Shown: positions 63,099 to 64,000 of the stretch, one piece after another | Numbering within the stretch: the stretch's first letter is position 1 | Layout: each line of letters starts with the position of its first letter | Translations under genes and position numbers: made by a program | The notes under the pieces: generated by a model | What the model saw: only the letters and a program-made list of their open reading frames with translations | Told to the model about the DNA's origin: nothing | The model's database searches: none | Source: Squalus acanthias | Taxonomy: Eukaryota | Length of the DNA: 64,000 nucleotides | Assembly (NCBI GenBank): GCA_030390025.1 | Contig: CM059425.1 | Location: 164,860,001-164,924,000, forward strand | Reading direction: 5' to 3'

Positions 63099-64000
63099 GA
63101 TTGGAGACACCAGTGGTGGCGGAATATAAAACAGCGGGGGAAACAGCGCCGACCTGATTGGAGACACCAGCGGCCGAACCGTCGATGATTTCCCCCAAAA
63201 AAACAAAGTGACGTCACAGGACAGCAGGTAGGTTTGTGAGTATTACGGTTTTTTTTTCTCTCTAACCTAGGATAGTGGTTTAAACTAGGTGTGGGAAACT
63301 ATAACTGTATTAAATTTATAGCTTAACTAGTTAAACTATTTAACATAACTATAAATAATCGTTGAATAAAGATTTTAACTAATAAATAAATAAAATAAGG
63401 TTAGTCTAAGATATGGCAGAGCAGGTTGTGTGTCTGGACTGCAGTATGTGGGAGTTTGTGGACAGCGAGACTGTCCCGAGCAAACACGCCTGCAGGAGAC
63501 GTCTTCATCTCGAATCTCTCCGGCTCAGAGTCATTGAGCTGGAGTGCGAGTTGAAGACACTCCGACACATAAGGGAAGGGGAGGAATTTCTGGACAATTT
63601 TATCCAGAATACAGTCACAACCTAGAGGAAAGCACAGGTTCAGGAAGGGGAGGGCGTGACTGTTAGGGAGCCAGGTAGCAGAGATTTAGGAGAGGTTGAG
63701 AAGGAGGTCCCGCAGACACTGGTCCTGTCCAATAGGTACGATGTACTCGCTACCTGTGAGGACAAGGAGAAAGACTGCAGGGAAGACAGTCTCAATGCAG
63801 ACCAAGGCACCGTGGCTCAGAAGGCTGTCCAAGGGGGGGGGGGGGGGGGGAAGAGAAGAATAGAAATGTGGTAGTGATAGGGGACTCTATAATTAGAGGG
63901 ATAGATAGTGTCCTCTGCAGCCATGAACAAGAATCCTGAAGGGTGTGTTGCCTACCCGGTGCCAGGGTAAGGGATATCTCACGACAGCTGAAGAGGAACT
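63099..64000 (+). mobile_element. 5' end of another full-length CR1 (5' UTR and disrupted ORF1), runs off the window
   Basis: ORF1 MAEQVVCLDCSMWE...LRHIREGE from 63413 is homologous to 29514; LSNRY and VVIGDSIIRG motifs; stops and frameshift. Confidence 0.92.

Overview
Vertebrate genomic DNA, almost certainly a cartilaginous fish (shark), judged from its repeat content (CR1/HER1-type LINEs, HE1-like V-SINE, SacSINE1-like DeuSINE, L2, RTE, Penelope-like elements). The only host gene I can support is a LIX1-family gene on the minus strand. Three internal coding exons are visible (47151-47314, 11902-12042, 1979-2074), all with GT/AG sites and compatible phases; the first and last exons were not found. 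The rest is intron, densely filled with nested transposable elements: a complete but decayed PIF/Harbinger transposon (23898-34540) hosting a near-intact full-length CR1 with a 76-bp tandem array at its 5' end; a second CR1 (~48730-58867) hit by four later insertions (a hammerhead-bearing Penelope fragment, a deleted Harbinger, a full Gypsy LTR element and a 1.27-kb solo LTR); a 5'-truncated RTE; an inverted Penelope-like element; and many Harbinger-type MITEs. Highlights: (1) the Gypsy element lacks a tRNA primer-binding site but has a perfect 12-nt complement to its own LTR, a self-priming signature; (2) CR1 5' ends carry monomer arrays and a shared CRE/CCAAT/splice-donor module; (3) four minimal hammerhead ribozyme motifs; (4) a long solo LTR with a 4-bp TSD and a possibly spumavirus-like layout. 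All family assignments come from recognition by eye, not database searches.
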